Assembly: GCA_037137395.1 (NCBI GenBank)
Contig: JBAXKK010000006.1
Span: 1-51,655 of the forward strand
DNA: 51,655 bases
Reading direction: 5' to 3'
Origin: Elusimicrobiota bacterium
GTDB lineage: Bacteria > Elusimicrobiota > Elusimicrobia > Elusimicrobiales > UBA9959
Notes under the pieces: model-generated
What the model was told of the DNA's origin: nothing
The model's database searches: none
Seen by the model: the letters and a program-made list of their open reading frames with translations, nothing else
Part shown: in pieces, positions 20,521 to 30,380 of the stretch
Position numbering within the stretch: the stretch's first letter is position 1
Layout: every line of letters starts with the position of its first letter
Position numbers and translations under genes: made by a program

Positions 20521-21261
20521 ATGAAAACACGTCTGGACATCGCCTGCGTTGAGCGGAAATTGTTTGAATCCCGCGTAAAAGCGCAGGCCTGCATAATGGC
20601 CGGGATGGTAAGGGTTAACGGCGCTCCGGCCGATAAAGCAGGCAAGACGGTAAAGGAGACCGACATCATAGAAATTGTCAAATCCGATTGCCCTTATGTT
20701 TCCAGAGGCGGACTTAAACTTAAAGGAGCCATTGACAGTTTTAAGATAGAAGTGAAAGGCCAGATCTGTTTGGATATCGGCACGGCCACCGGTGGTTTTA
20801 CTGACTGCTTTCTGCAGGAGGGCGCTGAAAAAGTTTATGCCGTTGATGTCGGTGAGGGCCAGATACATGAAAAAGTCAGGAACCACCCCAAAGTGGTATT
20901 CATGCCGCAGACCAACGCCCGGTTCTTAAAGCCCGAGATGTTTCCGGAACCGGCCGTCCTGGCCGCCATAGATGTTTCCTTTATATCCCTGAGGCTCATA
21001 CTTGGCCCCGTTTTCAATTCCGTCGCCCCGATGGCGCGTGTTATCGCCCTTATAAAACCGCAGTTTGAGCTCCAGCCGCAGGACCTGAAAAAAGGCATAG
21101 TCAGATCTGATGAGACCCGCCTGAAGGCTGTGGAATCGCTAAGGGTTTTCGTAAAAGAAAATTTAAAAAATGTTGAAGAAGCCGGACTTATTGAGTCGCC
21201 GATAAAAGGCGCCAAAGGCAATGTCGAATACCTCTGGCTGCTCGCGAAGACGGCTCGTTAA
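20521..21261 (+). CDS. tlyA: TlyA family rRNA 2'-O-methyltransferase
   Basis: S4 domain RLD, YVSRGGLKL, LDIGTATGGFTD, DVSFISL, IKPQFE, GNVEY. Confidence 0.95.
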   Translation: MKTRLDIACVERKLFESRVKAQACIMAGMVRVNGAPADKAGKTVKETDIIEIVKSDCPYVSRGGLKLKGAIDSFKIEVKGQICLDIGTATGGFTDCFLQEGAEKVYAVDVGEGQIHEKVRNHPKVVFMPQTNARFLKPEMFPEPAVLAAIDVSFISLRLILGPVFNSVAPMARVIALIKPQFELQPQDLKKGIVRSDETRLKAVESLRVFVKENLKNVEEAGLIESPIKGAKGNVEYLWLLAKTAR

Positions 21262-21313
21262 CACGCCGCCGGATCTTTGTATGAAATGGGAATGAAACAG
21301 CTTGTGAAAAAAT

Positions 21314-22846
21314 ATGAAATACAGAAATATGCTTAAAAAATTTAAGAAGCCGGCCGCTCTCCTGCCTCTGCTGATTTTTTGCGGCTGCGGTAATTACTAT
21401 TCCGTGCGGATCCCGTATTTTCTTCCGGAAAACAGCAATATTATTGAGACAAGAAAAGCATTATCCTCTCTGTATATTGCCGTCAAAGCTCCGCCCGAGC
21501 CGGAAGAAAGTGCCATGGGCGATATAATCGGCGGCATTATGAACAGCCGGCGCGTGGAACTGGATACTTATGAATTTATAAGAAGGACGGCGCTTGCGTT
21601 CTCAAAGCCGGGCATAAAAGTGCTGGCTCACAGGGTTTTCCGCACACAGGAGGAGAGCGATCCGTACATACGCTATTTTAATCCTTCCGGAATTTTAGAA
21701 CTTGATATATCTGAGCCTGAGGTTTCAGCCAGGAAGGAAAGCCGGTCAAGCGTATATTACGACAAGAATAAGGCCAGGCAGACCGTCAAAAGCGACGTCT
21801 GGGTTTATTCGGCTTCTATCAGCGCTGATATCAAGCTGCGCGCCGGCGCTGATTGGAAGGTTCTGGATAAAATGTCCGATACTTTTGTCTATACCGAAGA
21901 GAGGCCAGACAAGGGTAAAAGCGCCGCTGACTGGTACGCCGAGAATGAGGCTAAGCTGTTTGGCGCGGTCACGGCCAGGCTATCCGATCGTTATATCGGC
22001 CGGTCCGTACTCCGGGCCCGGCCTCTCTTCAGCAAAAAGGACGATTCTGAATCCGCCAGGGCGGCGGATCTGGCCAGGCGCGGGAAATGGACCGAGGCGG
22101 AAAACATCTGGTCCTCTCGCGCGAGGGATCATAAGGACTGGCGGGATATGACGGACCTGGCAGTCGCCGCTGAAGTGCGCGGGGACTATTCCGCGGCCAA
22201 AAACTATTACCTGAGCGCCCGCGAGGCTGCCGCGGGGGATAAGGAATCCAAACCGGCGAAATGGGACGAGATCCTGGGCGACTTAGACATAATGCTGTCT
22301 ACCGGATCAGCTGTCAGGTCAGAGGGAGATGACTGGTTCGCGGGGTCCGTAGCCATCCTGCCTTTCACCGATCAGACTACCAGTATAGACGGGCCGCCTA
22401 TGCTCCGGACCCTTATACGCGAGGCGCTGAGTGACGCCGGCTACCGGATCCAGCCGCTTGAAGCTACCGATAAGCTGCTGCTCTCGCATGGCTTTACGCA
22501 GGGAGGGCAGCTCGGCGCGGCCGATCAGGCGGAGATCTGCAAATGGCTCGGAGTTGAAAGGCTTTTTTACGGAGACATAAATGAATTCGGGGAAGTAATG
22601 GCAGGCGTCTATAACCGCCGCATGATAAAAGGCAGGGTAATGCTGTGGGACCTTAAATCCGGGAATTATATCTGGAGCATGGACGCGGCGGTGATTAAGG
22701 CTGAAATGTCTAAAAGTTTTCTGGGGGGCATGTTCGCCCAGCTGGCGAAAGGCCTTGTGGAGCGCATTAAAAATAAGCCGCTGGCCTACGAAGCGTCCGT
22801 CTTTTCCGCCAAAATAGTAGAGGCCCTCCCGAACAAACCCAGGTAA
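21314..22846 (+). CDS. Lipoprotein with TPR-like helices and C-terminal DUF799/GNA1162-like domain
   Basis: Lipobox-like LIFCGC; helical repeat DLAVAAEVRGDYSAAKNYY; VAILPFTDQT...GPPMLR; start could be 21329. Confidence 0.6.
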   Translation: MKYRNMLKKFKKPAALLPLLIFCGCGNYYSVRIPYFLPENSNIIETRKALSSLYIAVKAPPEPEESAMGDIIGGIMNSRRVELDTYEFIRRTALAFSKPGIKVLAHRVFRTQEESDPYIRYFNPSGILELDISEPEVSARKESRSSVYYDKNKARQTVKSDVWVYSASISADIKLRAGADWKVLDKMSDTFVYTEERPDKGKSAADWYAENEAKLFGAVTARLSDRYIGRSVLRARPLFSKKDDSESARAADLARRGKWTEAENIWSSRARDHKDWRDMTDLAVAAEVRGDYSAAKNYYLSAREAAAGDKESKPAKWDEILGDLDIMLSTGSAVRSEGDDWFAGSVAILPFTDQTTSIDGPPMLRTLIREALSDAGYRIQPLEATDKLLLSHGFTQGGQLGAADQAEICKWLGVERLFYGDINEFGEVMAGVYNRRMIKGRVMLWDLKSGNYIWSMDAAVIKAEMSKSFLGGMFAQLAKGLVERIKNKPLAYEASVFSAKIVEALPNKPR

Positions 22847-22955
22847 ACTCCGTGCCGAGTTGTCCTTTGCTCAATGCGCCGCGGGTGGAGCGAAGCGACA
22901 CAATTCAACGGTATCCACAAGATGCCCAGTCGGTATAGCAGTTGGCTGCCAGTTC

Positions 22956-23075
22956 GGGGTCCTGCCGGGGTCAGGCCTTTTCGCGTTCCCGAACCCAGTG
23001 TCCGCAGCAAAACTTAACGGCAGCGTAGTCCACTCGGAAACCTGCGGGTTCGAAAAGGCCTGGCCCCGTCACCCC
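22956..23075 (-). repeat. 120-nt structured dispersed element, family B (copy 1, inverted)
   Basis: Reverse complement GGGGTGAC...GGCAGGACCCC aligns end to end with 49093-49212. Confidence 0.9.
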
Positions 23076-23240
23076 TCCAACGCCACCCTCGCCACCCCCC
23101 CATTACACTTACACATATTAACTTCCTACAGATTAAGTCCTTAGCGCTTCTTTCCTACAACATAATGAAACATGGACTGGTGGTTTAAAGGAACACCGGG
23201 TCATAAAGCCGCGCGAACATAACCCGCGTAAGTTTTACGC

Positions 23241-23317
23241 GGGGTGACGATGGGTAGCCTTTTTGACCCAGCAGGCCGCCGATGGAACGCAAAAAGGCTA
23301 CCCGTCGGCAGGACCCC
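23241..23317 (+). repeat. Family B element, internally shortened 77-nt copy
   Basis: GGGGTGACGATGGGTAGCCTTTTTG...GAACGCAAAAAGGCTACCCGTCGGCAGGACCCC; arms near-identical to the 49093 copy. Confidence 0.9.
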
Positions 23318-23388
23318 GCTTTGCTATCCTGCGGCGCTAAACCCAAAGCCGACTGGCCGGTGTTACTTTATACTTACGGATTACCTTA

Positions 23389-24672
23389 TTAGTCCTTTTC
23401 AAAGACCAGGAGGGTTTCCACGTGGGGGGTGTTGGGATAGAAGTCGAAGGCCGCTGAGCGGACCAGTTTGTATTTCTCAAGGAAGAAGGCCGCGTCGCGG
23501 CCCTGGGTTATAGGGTTGCAGGACAAATAGATTATCCTTTTGGGCAGCAGTTCCATTATATTTTTTACCACTCTCTGGTGCAGGCCCGCCCTCGGCGGGT
23601 CCAGCACCAGGATATCGGCTCCGGCAAGCAGGGCGGCGTCGGCTTTTTCCATCATCGAGCAGAGTATCTCAAAATTACCAGCGTTATTCTGCGTCGCGTT
23701 AAGCGCGGCGTATTTGACCGCGTTGGGTACGCATTCCACGGCGTAAATCTTGTCCGCAAGATCCCTGAGCGCCAGGCCTATGGCGCCCACGCCGGAATAC
23801 AGGTCTATGATCTTTCCGCACTTGAACGCCGCGCCCCGTATCTCATTAAGCGCTTCTTCAAAAAGTTCCATGTTGTTCTGAAAAAAACAGTCGAAGCCGT
23901 AGGACAGGACGGTGTTGCAGACTTTTTCGGTCACAAAATCATTTCCCCAGGCGCTGATGATCTCGTCGGCGGAGCTCATGGGGCTCAGGGGATTGGAATA
24001 CGCGGCTATAAAGCCGTTCAGTCCTTCCAGCCTGAATTCCGGCAGGACGATGTCCTTTCTTTTCAGGAACAGGACCGCTATCCGTTCGCCGGTATTCTTG
24101 GCCTCGCGGAATATGAGCGTTTTTAGATCGGCCGGGGTCAGGCCGGCCTCATTAAGCTTAGCCAGTATCTCAAGGGCAAGGGCGTTGGTCTTCTCGCTCA
24201 TGAGCGCGCAGCCTTTTGGCATCACGTACATATCGCGGTAATTGCCGCGCTTATGGAATGCGAAGGCCAGTTTCCCGTTGTCACTGGTAAAACTGTACTC
24301 TATCTTCGTGCGGTAGCCGAAGAGAGTCTTTGCCTCATAAAATTTGTCCAGTCTTATGGTTTCCTTCGTTGTCTGGTAAAGCAGGTCTTCGACCAGGCCT
24401 TTCTTTGTCTCTGCCTGGAGGGGGTAATCCATGATCTGCCATGGCGAGCAGCTGATATAATGGTCTTCTTTCGGTTCTATCCTTCTTGAGGAGGGAGTGA
24501 GGATTTCCAGAAGCTCTGCCTCCATGAAGTTGCGCTTTTCCATGGTTACGCGCACGCGGGCAGTTTCACCGGGAAGAATGCCGTAGGCGAAAACAACTTT
24601 TCCCTCGTGGCGGCCCAGGGCCTTACCTTCGCCGACTATCTTTTTAAATTCAAGCGTTATTTCTTTATGCAT
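23389..24672 (-). CDS. RlmD/TrmA-family RNA (uracil-5)-methyltransferase with TRAM domain
   Basis: TRAM N-terminus, FFQNN, DLYSGVG, LDPPRAG, YLSCNP, FDFYPNTPHVE; start placed at MHKEITL. Confidence 0.92.
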   Translation of the reverse strand: MHKEITLEFKKIVGEGKALGRHEGKVVFAYGILPGETARVRVTMEKRNFMEAELLEILTPSSRRIEPKEDHYISCSPWQIMDYPLQAETKKGLVEDLLYQTTKETIRLDKFYEAKTLFGYRTKIEYSFTSDNGKLAFAFHKRGNYRDMYVMPKGCALMSEKTNALALEILAKLNEAGLTPADLKTLIFREAKNTGERIAVLFLKRKDIVLPEFRLEGLNGFIAAYSNPLSPMSSADEIISAWGNDFVTEKVCNTVLSYGFDCFFQNNMELFEEALNEIRGAAFKCGKIIDLYSGVGAIGLALRDLADKIYAVECVPNAVKYAALNATQNNAGNFEILCSMMEKADAALLAGADILVLDPPRAGLHQRVVKNIMELLPKRIIYLSCNPITQGRDAAFFLEKYKLVRSAAFDFYPNTPHVETLLVFEKD

Positions 24673-24808
24673 AGGGTTATCGCTATGAGGCTCTTTCAGC
24701 GGGCGGTCCATCCGTCCGGGGCGTGTAAATTTCGCTACTACATTTAATATAATTTGGAAGGCGAGAACCACTACTATTTAAGATACATTTACGAGACAAG
24801 GTGAAACT

Positions 24809-25747
24809 ATGCGCGTTAATAAATATAAATTTGTGGCGGCGGTGGCGTTTATGTTCCTGCTGCCGTTCCTTATCCTCGCCCGTCATTTTATGACCGGCAA
24901 CAAGGAACTTGAAAAAAAAGACGCGCTCGCTTATATGGAGATGAGGACCAGGATCGTGGCTAATATCGCCGACGACCTGCTCAGGCTTAATTACGATATC
25001 TCCAAATTATCTTCGGCTGAGGATTTTATTAACGCGTCCCGGGAAGTCAGGAAAAAAAAGCTGGAAAACAGGATAAAGGAGAACCCCAGCATATACTCAG
25101 AGTTTTCTGTTCTGGACGCTTCCGGGAGAGAGGTTCTTAAAATCGGACCGGCGGCCTCTAAAGATCTTAAAGATTACTCAAAGTCGGAACTCTTTAAGAC
25201 CGCCGTTTCCGAACACTCGTCATCGGGCGCGGTAGAATACAGCGAATATACACCGCCGGCTCTCGTTCTTGTGGCGCCGCTTACTAGCGGGCGCGGCGAT
25301 AGCGCCAAGGGGTTTCTTCTGGCCCGCATGAGCCTGGCCTACATCGGGGAGATTGTCCGCGTTATGGGGCGCAATTCGCCGGGGAATATGGGTTTTGTAG
25401 ACGCCGGCGGTCAGTTGATAAGCGATTCGCTGGGGCATTCGATAATCAGTCCCGGCATAAAGGCGCCAGCTGAAGTTTTGCGCGCGGTGGATGCCGCCTC
25501 CGCTAAAGGTCTGGATGATTTTAAAAACGAAGTTTCGCTCAAAGGCCGTCCTTATCTTGTGTCCGTCGCGAATATAAACGGCACCCGTTGGTGGGTGTTT
25601 GAGGTCGTGGACGCCGCCAAGCCGCTGAACTACACCGCCTCTTTCTGGGCTAAGCGCGTAATCCTTATCGGTATACTGCTAATACTAATATTCTCGTTCA
25701 TTTCTTATAAATTAGCCCAGAGATGGCTGGTATCCGGGCGAGAATAA
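24809..25747 (+). CDS. Membrane protein with extracytoplasmic Cache-like domain and no cytoplasmic output domain
   Basis: TM - (SVLDASGREV, DYSKSELF, LVLVAP, FVDAGGQLI, TRWWVF) - TM, then about 12 residues to the stop. Confidence 0.7.
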   Translation: MRVNKYKFVAAVAFMFLLPFLILARHFMTGNKELEKKDALAYMEMRTRIVANIADDLLRLNYDISKLSSAEDFINASREVRKKKLENRIKENPSIYSEFSVLDASGREVLKIGPAASKDLKDYSKSELFKTAVSEHSSSGAVEYSEYTPPALVLVAPLTSGRGDSAKGFLLARMSLAYIGEIVRVMGRNSPGNMGFVDAGGQLISDSLGHSIISPGIKAPAEVLRAVDAASAKGLDDFKNEVSLKGRPYLVSVANINGTRWWVFEVVDAAKPLNYTASFWAKRVILIGILLILIFSFISYKLAQRWLVSGRE

Positions 25748-25843
25748 CAGTAGTGGTTAGTGGTCAGTGATAAGTGATAAGTGATAAGTGATTAGTGATT
25801 AGTGATTAGTGACTATCCACTATCCACTAGCCACTGGTCACTA
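25748..25843. repeat. Inverted heptamer array (WAGTGAT family), purest example
   Basis: TAGTGGT x2, CAGTGAT, AAGTGAT x3, TAGTGAT x3, TAGTGAC then TATCCAC x2, TAGCCAC, TGGTCAC. Confidence 0.95.
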
Positions 25844-25897
25844 TTCTGTTGATGGCCGCATAGGCCTTTTGGCAACGGCAATCTGGGTCTTTTGCTC

Positions 25898-25926
25898 TTG
25901 AATCCCTTCTGTATTTCTGTTATAAA
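25898..25926 (+). promoter_or_regulatory. Putative sigma70 promoter, leaderless geometry
   Basis: TTGAAT-N17-TATAAA with extended TG; ATG 6 nt downstream. Confidence 0.5.
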
Positions 25927-25932
25927 TTGAAT

Positions 25933-27930
25933 ATGCGATTTAATCACCTTTCGATTATCAGGTTCTTGGCGGCCTTATTCCTTTCACAGCTCCTGGCCCT
26001 GCCGCAGGTCCGCGCGGGCATAGAGGATGAACGTCAACAGGCCGCCCGTCTCTTCGACGGGAATATGCCGGCCGCGCCACTGGGCTTTGAGCCGTCGGAA
26101 GAGGGAAAGGCTTCAGCCTCTTTTGAATTTCTTCAACAGGCAAAAGAAGTCCTCTCGTCCGGCCATTGGGACGGCAGCATTCCCACTGTCAGGCAGTTTA
26201 TGTTCAGGAACGCTGGCGAGGGCTGGACAGCGCAGGCACAGAGCGTCGGACTTGAAGGTTTCCTCTGGACCAAAAAAGAGTTAGAGGGGAAATACGGGGA
26301 AGGACAATTCATAGGGCAGCTTGACGATTATTTTACTTATCTTGATACCATGCTTGCCCCGGTTTCCTGGACCCAGGAATTGCGCGACTCGCTCACCGAA
26401 CTGAAGAACTCAGATCTTACCGCTTCGCAGAAAAACGCCCGCCTGAATCAGATGTTGGAATACTATGTGTCCGGCCTGCAGAGCAATATGGCGAAATACG
26501 ACCAGGCTGACTGGTCCAAGAAAGCCCGCATCTATGAGTTGTTCCCCAGGGCTTATAACCTTGCCGGCAGACGGGAAGCACAGGGTTTCAAGTCTCCCTC
26601 CGACCCGGCTAAAACCCTTTTCTTCAGGGATTTTAAGAGTTCGGATTTTGACGTCATAAAGCGCATGGGCTTTGACACGATTTGGCCTATGGGCATACTT
26701 CCGATAGGCGTTCTGGGACAGACCGGAACCGGAGGCGGCTCGCCTTATTCCATCAGCGACCACGGCACGGTTAACCCGGACCTCGGCACCGAAGGAGATT
26801 TTAAGGAATTCGTGAAGAAGGCTCACGCGTCCGGCTTGAGGGTTATAGTTGATTTCGTGGTCAACCATACTTCGCTGGACTCCAAACTTCTCAATGAGAA
26901 TCCTGATTATTTTATAAGTTTTCGCGAAGCCGGACCCTGTCCGCGCGACGGTTTTTTTGAGCATTATCAGGGCGGCGTGAAGTATTGCGTGAGCAACGGC
27001 GGTTTCGAATATGGCGGCGGCGTATCTACCTGGATAGACACTGCGCAGATAAATTATTCCAACCGCGCTCTGCGGGCTCGCATGACTGAAATAGTCAAAG
27101 GCTGGGTGACCAAATTTGACGTGGACGGGTTCCGCGTTGATATGGCTTATCTGGCGCTGAATAATGTTTTCTCGCGCACCTGGCGCAAGTCTATGCCAGC
27201 CGATGAATTCTATCGCCAGCTGATATGGACTGTTAAGGCGGTCAAGCCCTCGGTGGCTTTTATGGCCGAGGCCTATGCATTTCAGGAAGACCTTTCGGCC
27301 TGCGGTTTTGATTCTATCTATAGCAAGCACGAAACGGCACGCCCGGAAGGTCAGACCGGCTGGTATAACGCGACCGAATCCGGGAATTACGGCGAGATCC
27401 AAAGTACCGTCAATCGGGTAGCCTATCTGGCCTGGCAGAAAGGCGGCGCCGGCTCGGTGGTTTTTATCGGCAACCATGATGAGTCAGCCCCGGAGAAAGT
27501 TTATGGCCGCCGCCTGCCGGCCGCCCTCATTCTTACTATGCTTTATCCCGGCGCGGTGCTTATGTACTCCAGCGCCGAGATCGGCTACGACGCCGCCATT
27601 CCCGGCGGCGAACCCAAGCCCCTGCCTTTCAGCGTGCCGGCACAGATAGATTGGAACGCCGGCAGTCCGTGGGTCAGGCAAACCTATCAGGAGATCCTTG
27701 CGGAGACTAAGAAAGTACGGGCCGAGATGGGCGATTACGATATGGCTCCTCTCTGGCCGGCTAACGGCGAAAAATGGGCGGGTTATACTCTTACGTCAAA
27801 GACCAACCCAGGTCTTAAAAAAGCCGTTTTCGCCAACGTGGCTGTGGACGGGACCGCTGTCAGCATTCCCGCGTACGGTGTCAACTCCTGGCTTGCCCCC
27901 GGGGATTACCGGATAATCAATATTAAATAA
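25933..27930 (+). CDS. Secreted GH13 alpha-amylase-family glycoside hydrolase
   Basis: Signal peptide ending VRA; GSPYSI, DFVVNH, DGFRVDMA, FMAEAY, GNHDE catalytic regions. Confidence 0.88.
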   Translation: MRFNHLSIIRFLAALFLSQLLALPQVRAGIEDERQQAARLFDGNMPAAPLGFEPSEEGKASASFEFLQQAKEVLSSGHWDGSIPTVRQFMFRNAGEGWTAQAQSVGLEGFLWTKKELEGKYGEGQFIGQLDDYFTYLDTMLAPVSWTQELRDSLTELKNSDLTASQKNARLNQMLEYYVSGLQSNMAKYDQADWSKKARIYELFPRAYNLAGRREAQGFKSPSDPAKTLFFRDFKSSDFDVIKRMGFDTIWPMGILPIGVLGQTGTGGGSPYSISDHGTVNPDLGTEGDFKEFVKKAHASGLRVIVDFVVNHTSLDSKLLNENPDYFISFREAGPCPRDGFFEHYQGGVKYCVSNGGFEYGGGVSTWIDTAQINYSNRALRARMTEIVKGWVTKFDVDGFRVDMAYLALNNVFSRTWRKSMPADEFYRQLIWTVKAVKPSVAFMAEAYAFQEDLSACGFDSIYSKHETARPEGQTGWYNATESGNYGEIQSTVNRVAYLAWQKGGAGSVVFIGNHDESAPEKVYGRRLPAALILTMLYPGAVLMYSSAEIGYDAAIPGGEPKPLPFSVPAQIDWNAGSPWVRQTYQEILAETKKVRAEMGDYDMAPLWPANGEKWAGYTLTSKTNPGLKKAVFANVAVDGTAVSIPAYGVNSWLAPGDYRIINIK

Positions 27931-28023
27931 TTTGCTACAATAAGAGCAGTGGTGGGGGTGCAGTTTCCCGTATTTCGTTCATATTTTAACCCAGGGCTGT
28001 CAGACGGCCCGGGAGAGGCTATA

Positions 28024-29520
28024 GTGCTGCGTTCAAATCCGCATCTCATAGAGATTAACGCCAGGTTGTGGCTAAAGACGCTAAGGAAGAAGTATTCCCT
28101 GGCGGAGATGACGCTTTCCTCTATTCCGGAGGAAGAATGGCTGGAGTTGAAGCATCTGGGGTTTGATATCGTGTGGATGATGGGCGTATGGAATCCCAGT
28201 CCGGAGGCCGCCGCTATAGCGCGCGCCGATGTGCGGCTTCAGGCTGAAATAAAAAAGATTTCTCCGGAGTTAGGCGTTGACGCCATCGGCTCATCCCCGT
28301 ACGCCATCCAGGGCTACAGACTTAACCCGGAACTCGGCTCTGAGTGGGAACTTAAAGCGCTTAAGGAGAAGTTGAATTCCCTGGGGATGAAGCTCCTGCT
28401 GGATTTTGTTTCCAACCACACCGCCAGGGATAACCCCTTTCTGCATAAATGCCCGGAGTGTTTTATAACGGGTTCCGAAGAGGATTTTAAGGCCCATCCC
28501 GACTGGTTCTTTGAGACGGATATAGACGGAAAGAAAACCTACGTGGCTTATGGCCGCGACCCCAATTTCCCGGCCTGGACGGATTCGGCGCAGTTCAACT
28601 ATTTTAACCCTCAAACACGCGAGAAGAGGCTTGAGCTGCTGCTTGAGCTGGGCGAAGTATGCGACGGAGTGCGTTGCGACATGGTGATGCTCACGCTTAA
28701 CGATATTCATGAGAGCACCTGGGGCTGGCTGCTTAATAAAAAAGGTTTCAAAAAGCCGCATGAGGAGTTCTGGAAGCATGCGATCAGGACCGTGCAGGAA
28801 AAGCATCCCCAATTCATATTCCTTGCCGAAGTTTATTGGGGGCTTGAGTGGCAGGTTCAGCTGATGGGTTTCGATTATACTTACGATAAGATAACATACG
28901 ACCGCCTGCGCTTTATGGGCGCCGAAGAGGTCCGGGGCCATCTGCGCGCCGAAAAACTTTACCAGAAGCGTTCAGTGCGTTTTATTGATAACCACGATGA
29001 GATCCCGTCTATAGAAGCTTTCGGACGTGCTAAGGCTTTCGCTGCCGCCGTCATAATCTCCACTATAAAAGGACTCAGGTTCTACAACGATTCGCAGCTG
29101 GAGGGATTGCGTCACAAGGTGCCGCTGCAGCTCAAAGAGATATGGGAGCACGTTCCTGACATGGCCGTGTGCAAGTTTTATGAGAAGCTTTTAAAGATTG
29201 TGGACCATCCCGCTTTCCACGGGGGAGAATGGAACCTGCTGGACGTGCGCCAGTGCGACCCGCAGAACCATTCCAACAAGAATATTATGGCCTGGAGCTG
29301 GGCCCAGCGCCGCACGATAAAGATCGTGGTGGTCAACTATTCAAACACGCCGTCCTGCGGCACGGTCAACATCTCCGTGAAAAGCACCGGAGAAAGCACC
29401 GCTTTATTTGAAGAGCTTTCGGACCGGTTCTTCACTTTCGAGGCTGAAGATCTCGCTGAAGGTCTGCGCCTCCGTGAAATGGCTCCCTACGCCGCCACTA
29501 TCTTCGACGTGGAATTCTAA
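28024..29520 (+). CDS. Cytoplasmic GH13 alpha-amylase-family protein
   Basis: GSSPYAI, LDFVSNH, DGVRCDM, FLAEVY, DNHDE; GTG start after GGAGAG (alternative start 27949). Confidence 0.88.
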   Translation: MLRSNPHLIEINARLWLKTLRKKYSLAEMTLSSIPEEEWLELKHLGFDIVWMMGVWNPSPEAAAIARADVRLQAEIKKISPELGVDAIGSSPYAIQGYRLNPELGSEWELKALKEKLNSLGMKLLLDFVSNHTARDNPFLHKCPECFITGSEEDFKAHPDWFFETDIDGKKTYVAYGRDPNFPAWTDSAQFNYFNPQTREKRLELLLELGEVCDGVRCDMVMLTLNDIHESTWGWLLNKKGFKKPHEEFWKHAIRTVQEKHPQFIFLAEVYWGLEWQVQLMGFDYTYDKITYDRLRFMGAEEVRGHLRAEKLYQKRSVRFIDNHDEIPSIEAFGRAKAFAAAVIISTIKGLRFYNDSQLEGLRHKVPLQLKEIWEHVPDMAVCKFYEKLLKIVDHPAFHGGEWNLLDVRQCDPQNHSNKNIMAWSWAQRRTIKIVVVNYSNTPSCGTVNISVKSTGESTALFEELSDRFFTFEAEDLAEGLRLREMAPYAATIFDVEF

Positions 29521-29523
29521 CTA

Positions 29524-29621
29524 CAGTGGTTAGTGCTCAGTGGCCAGTGGTCAACAACCAATGGCTAAAGATTATTAATTTGGTTTTTTTACTATCCACT
29601 AACCACTGTCCACTGATCACC
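29524..29621. repeat. Inverted heptamer array (YAGTGNN family)
   Basis: CAGTGGT TAGTGCT CAGTGGC CAGTGGT ... ACTATCC ACTAACC ACTGTCC ACTGATC. Confidence 0.85.
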
Positions 29622-29646
29622 GCAAAAGGAGCTGGCCTCCTTTTGC
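29622..29646. terminator. Bidirectional intrinsic terminator candidate
   Basis: GCAAAAGGAG-CTGGC-CTCCTTTTGC between convergent genes. Confidence 0.6.
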
Positions 29647-30380
29647 TATGGTTCTCTTGCCAGGGTGAAAACCGCTGTGCCGGCTGCCTCTGAGTTTTCA
29701 AGTGCCCGGGCAAGTTCATCGGTTGTGGCAAGCGTTGTGGCTACATCGTCCACTATTAGTATTCGCCGGCCCTTAACCAGTTCGGGTTTGACTACCTTAA
29801 AAGTTTCTTTGACGTTTTTTAGCCGCTCTTTTTTTGATAATCCTGTCTGCGACGGTGTATTCTTCACCTTTTCCACCGCCCCCTTAAGCACAAACAGATT
29901 CTTCTCACGCGCCAGAACTTCGGCCAGTAGTTCCGACTGGTTGAAGCCGCGTTCGCGCTCTTTCGCCCTGAAAAGCGGGACGGCTATGACGAAATTATAA
30001 TCCTTGAGTTCAGGACATCTGTCATAAGCACGAACCAGTTCCATGCCCAGAGATTCAGCCAGATCCTTCCTGCCGCGGTATTTGAAAGCGTGTATGAGCG
30101 ACCTAAGCTCGGGATTGAAGGCGAAAGCTGAGCGCACCAATTCCACCTTCAGCCGGGCGCTCTTCTGGCCGCGACAACTAAAGCAGTACTCGCCGCCGGA
30201 ATCCAGCGGCAGGCCGCATTTTATGCAGCTTGGCCCGGTTATCGGTTCAAGCGAGCCCAGGCAGGCCGGACAGAGAGGTCCTGTGTCCAGGTAATGCAGA
30301 TCCTCTTTGCAGTGCGCGCAGGTTTTAGGTAGTAAGACATGAAGCAGATATTTTCCGATACTTTTAATGTTTAGAGGCAT
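29646..30380 (-). CDS. comF: ComF family protein (double zinc ribbon + phosphoribosyltransferase domain)
   Basis: CxxC pairs, LIHAFKY, VPL, ERGFNQSE, LIVDDVATT. Confidence 0.92.
   Translation of the reverse strand: MPLNIKSIGKYLLHVLLPKTCAHCKEDLHYLDTGPLCPACLGSLEPITGPSCIKCGLPLDSGGEYCFSCRGQKSARLKVELVRSAFAFNPELRSLIHAFKYRGRKDLAESLGMELVRAYDRCPELKDYNFVIAVPLFRAKERERGFNQSELLAEVLAREKNLFVLKGAVEKVKNTPSQTGLSKKERLKNVKETFKVVKPELVKGRRILIVDDVATTLATTDELARALENSEAAGTAVFTLAREP

Noticed and set aside
22954..23319. 2-bp target-site duplications around family B (TC/TC, GC/GC)
   Set aside because: The third copy has TA/GT and all copies are followed by G, so the boundary is uncertain and the match may be chance
22860..23513. 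ORFs 22860-23144 and 23244-23513 (and 49096-49278) over family B copies
   Set aside because: Copies differ in length and orientation, and substitutions follow base pairing rather than codon structure
25748..25843. Heptamer arrays as CRISPR
   Set aside because: 7-nt tandem units with no unique spacers and no cas genes
26410..27477. 355-aa minus-strand ORF
   Set aside because: Antisense shadow of the GH13 gene; no recognisable motifs
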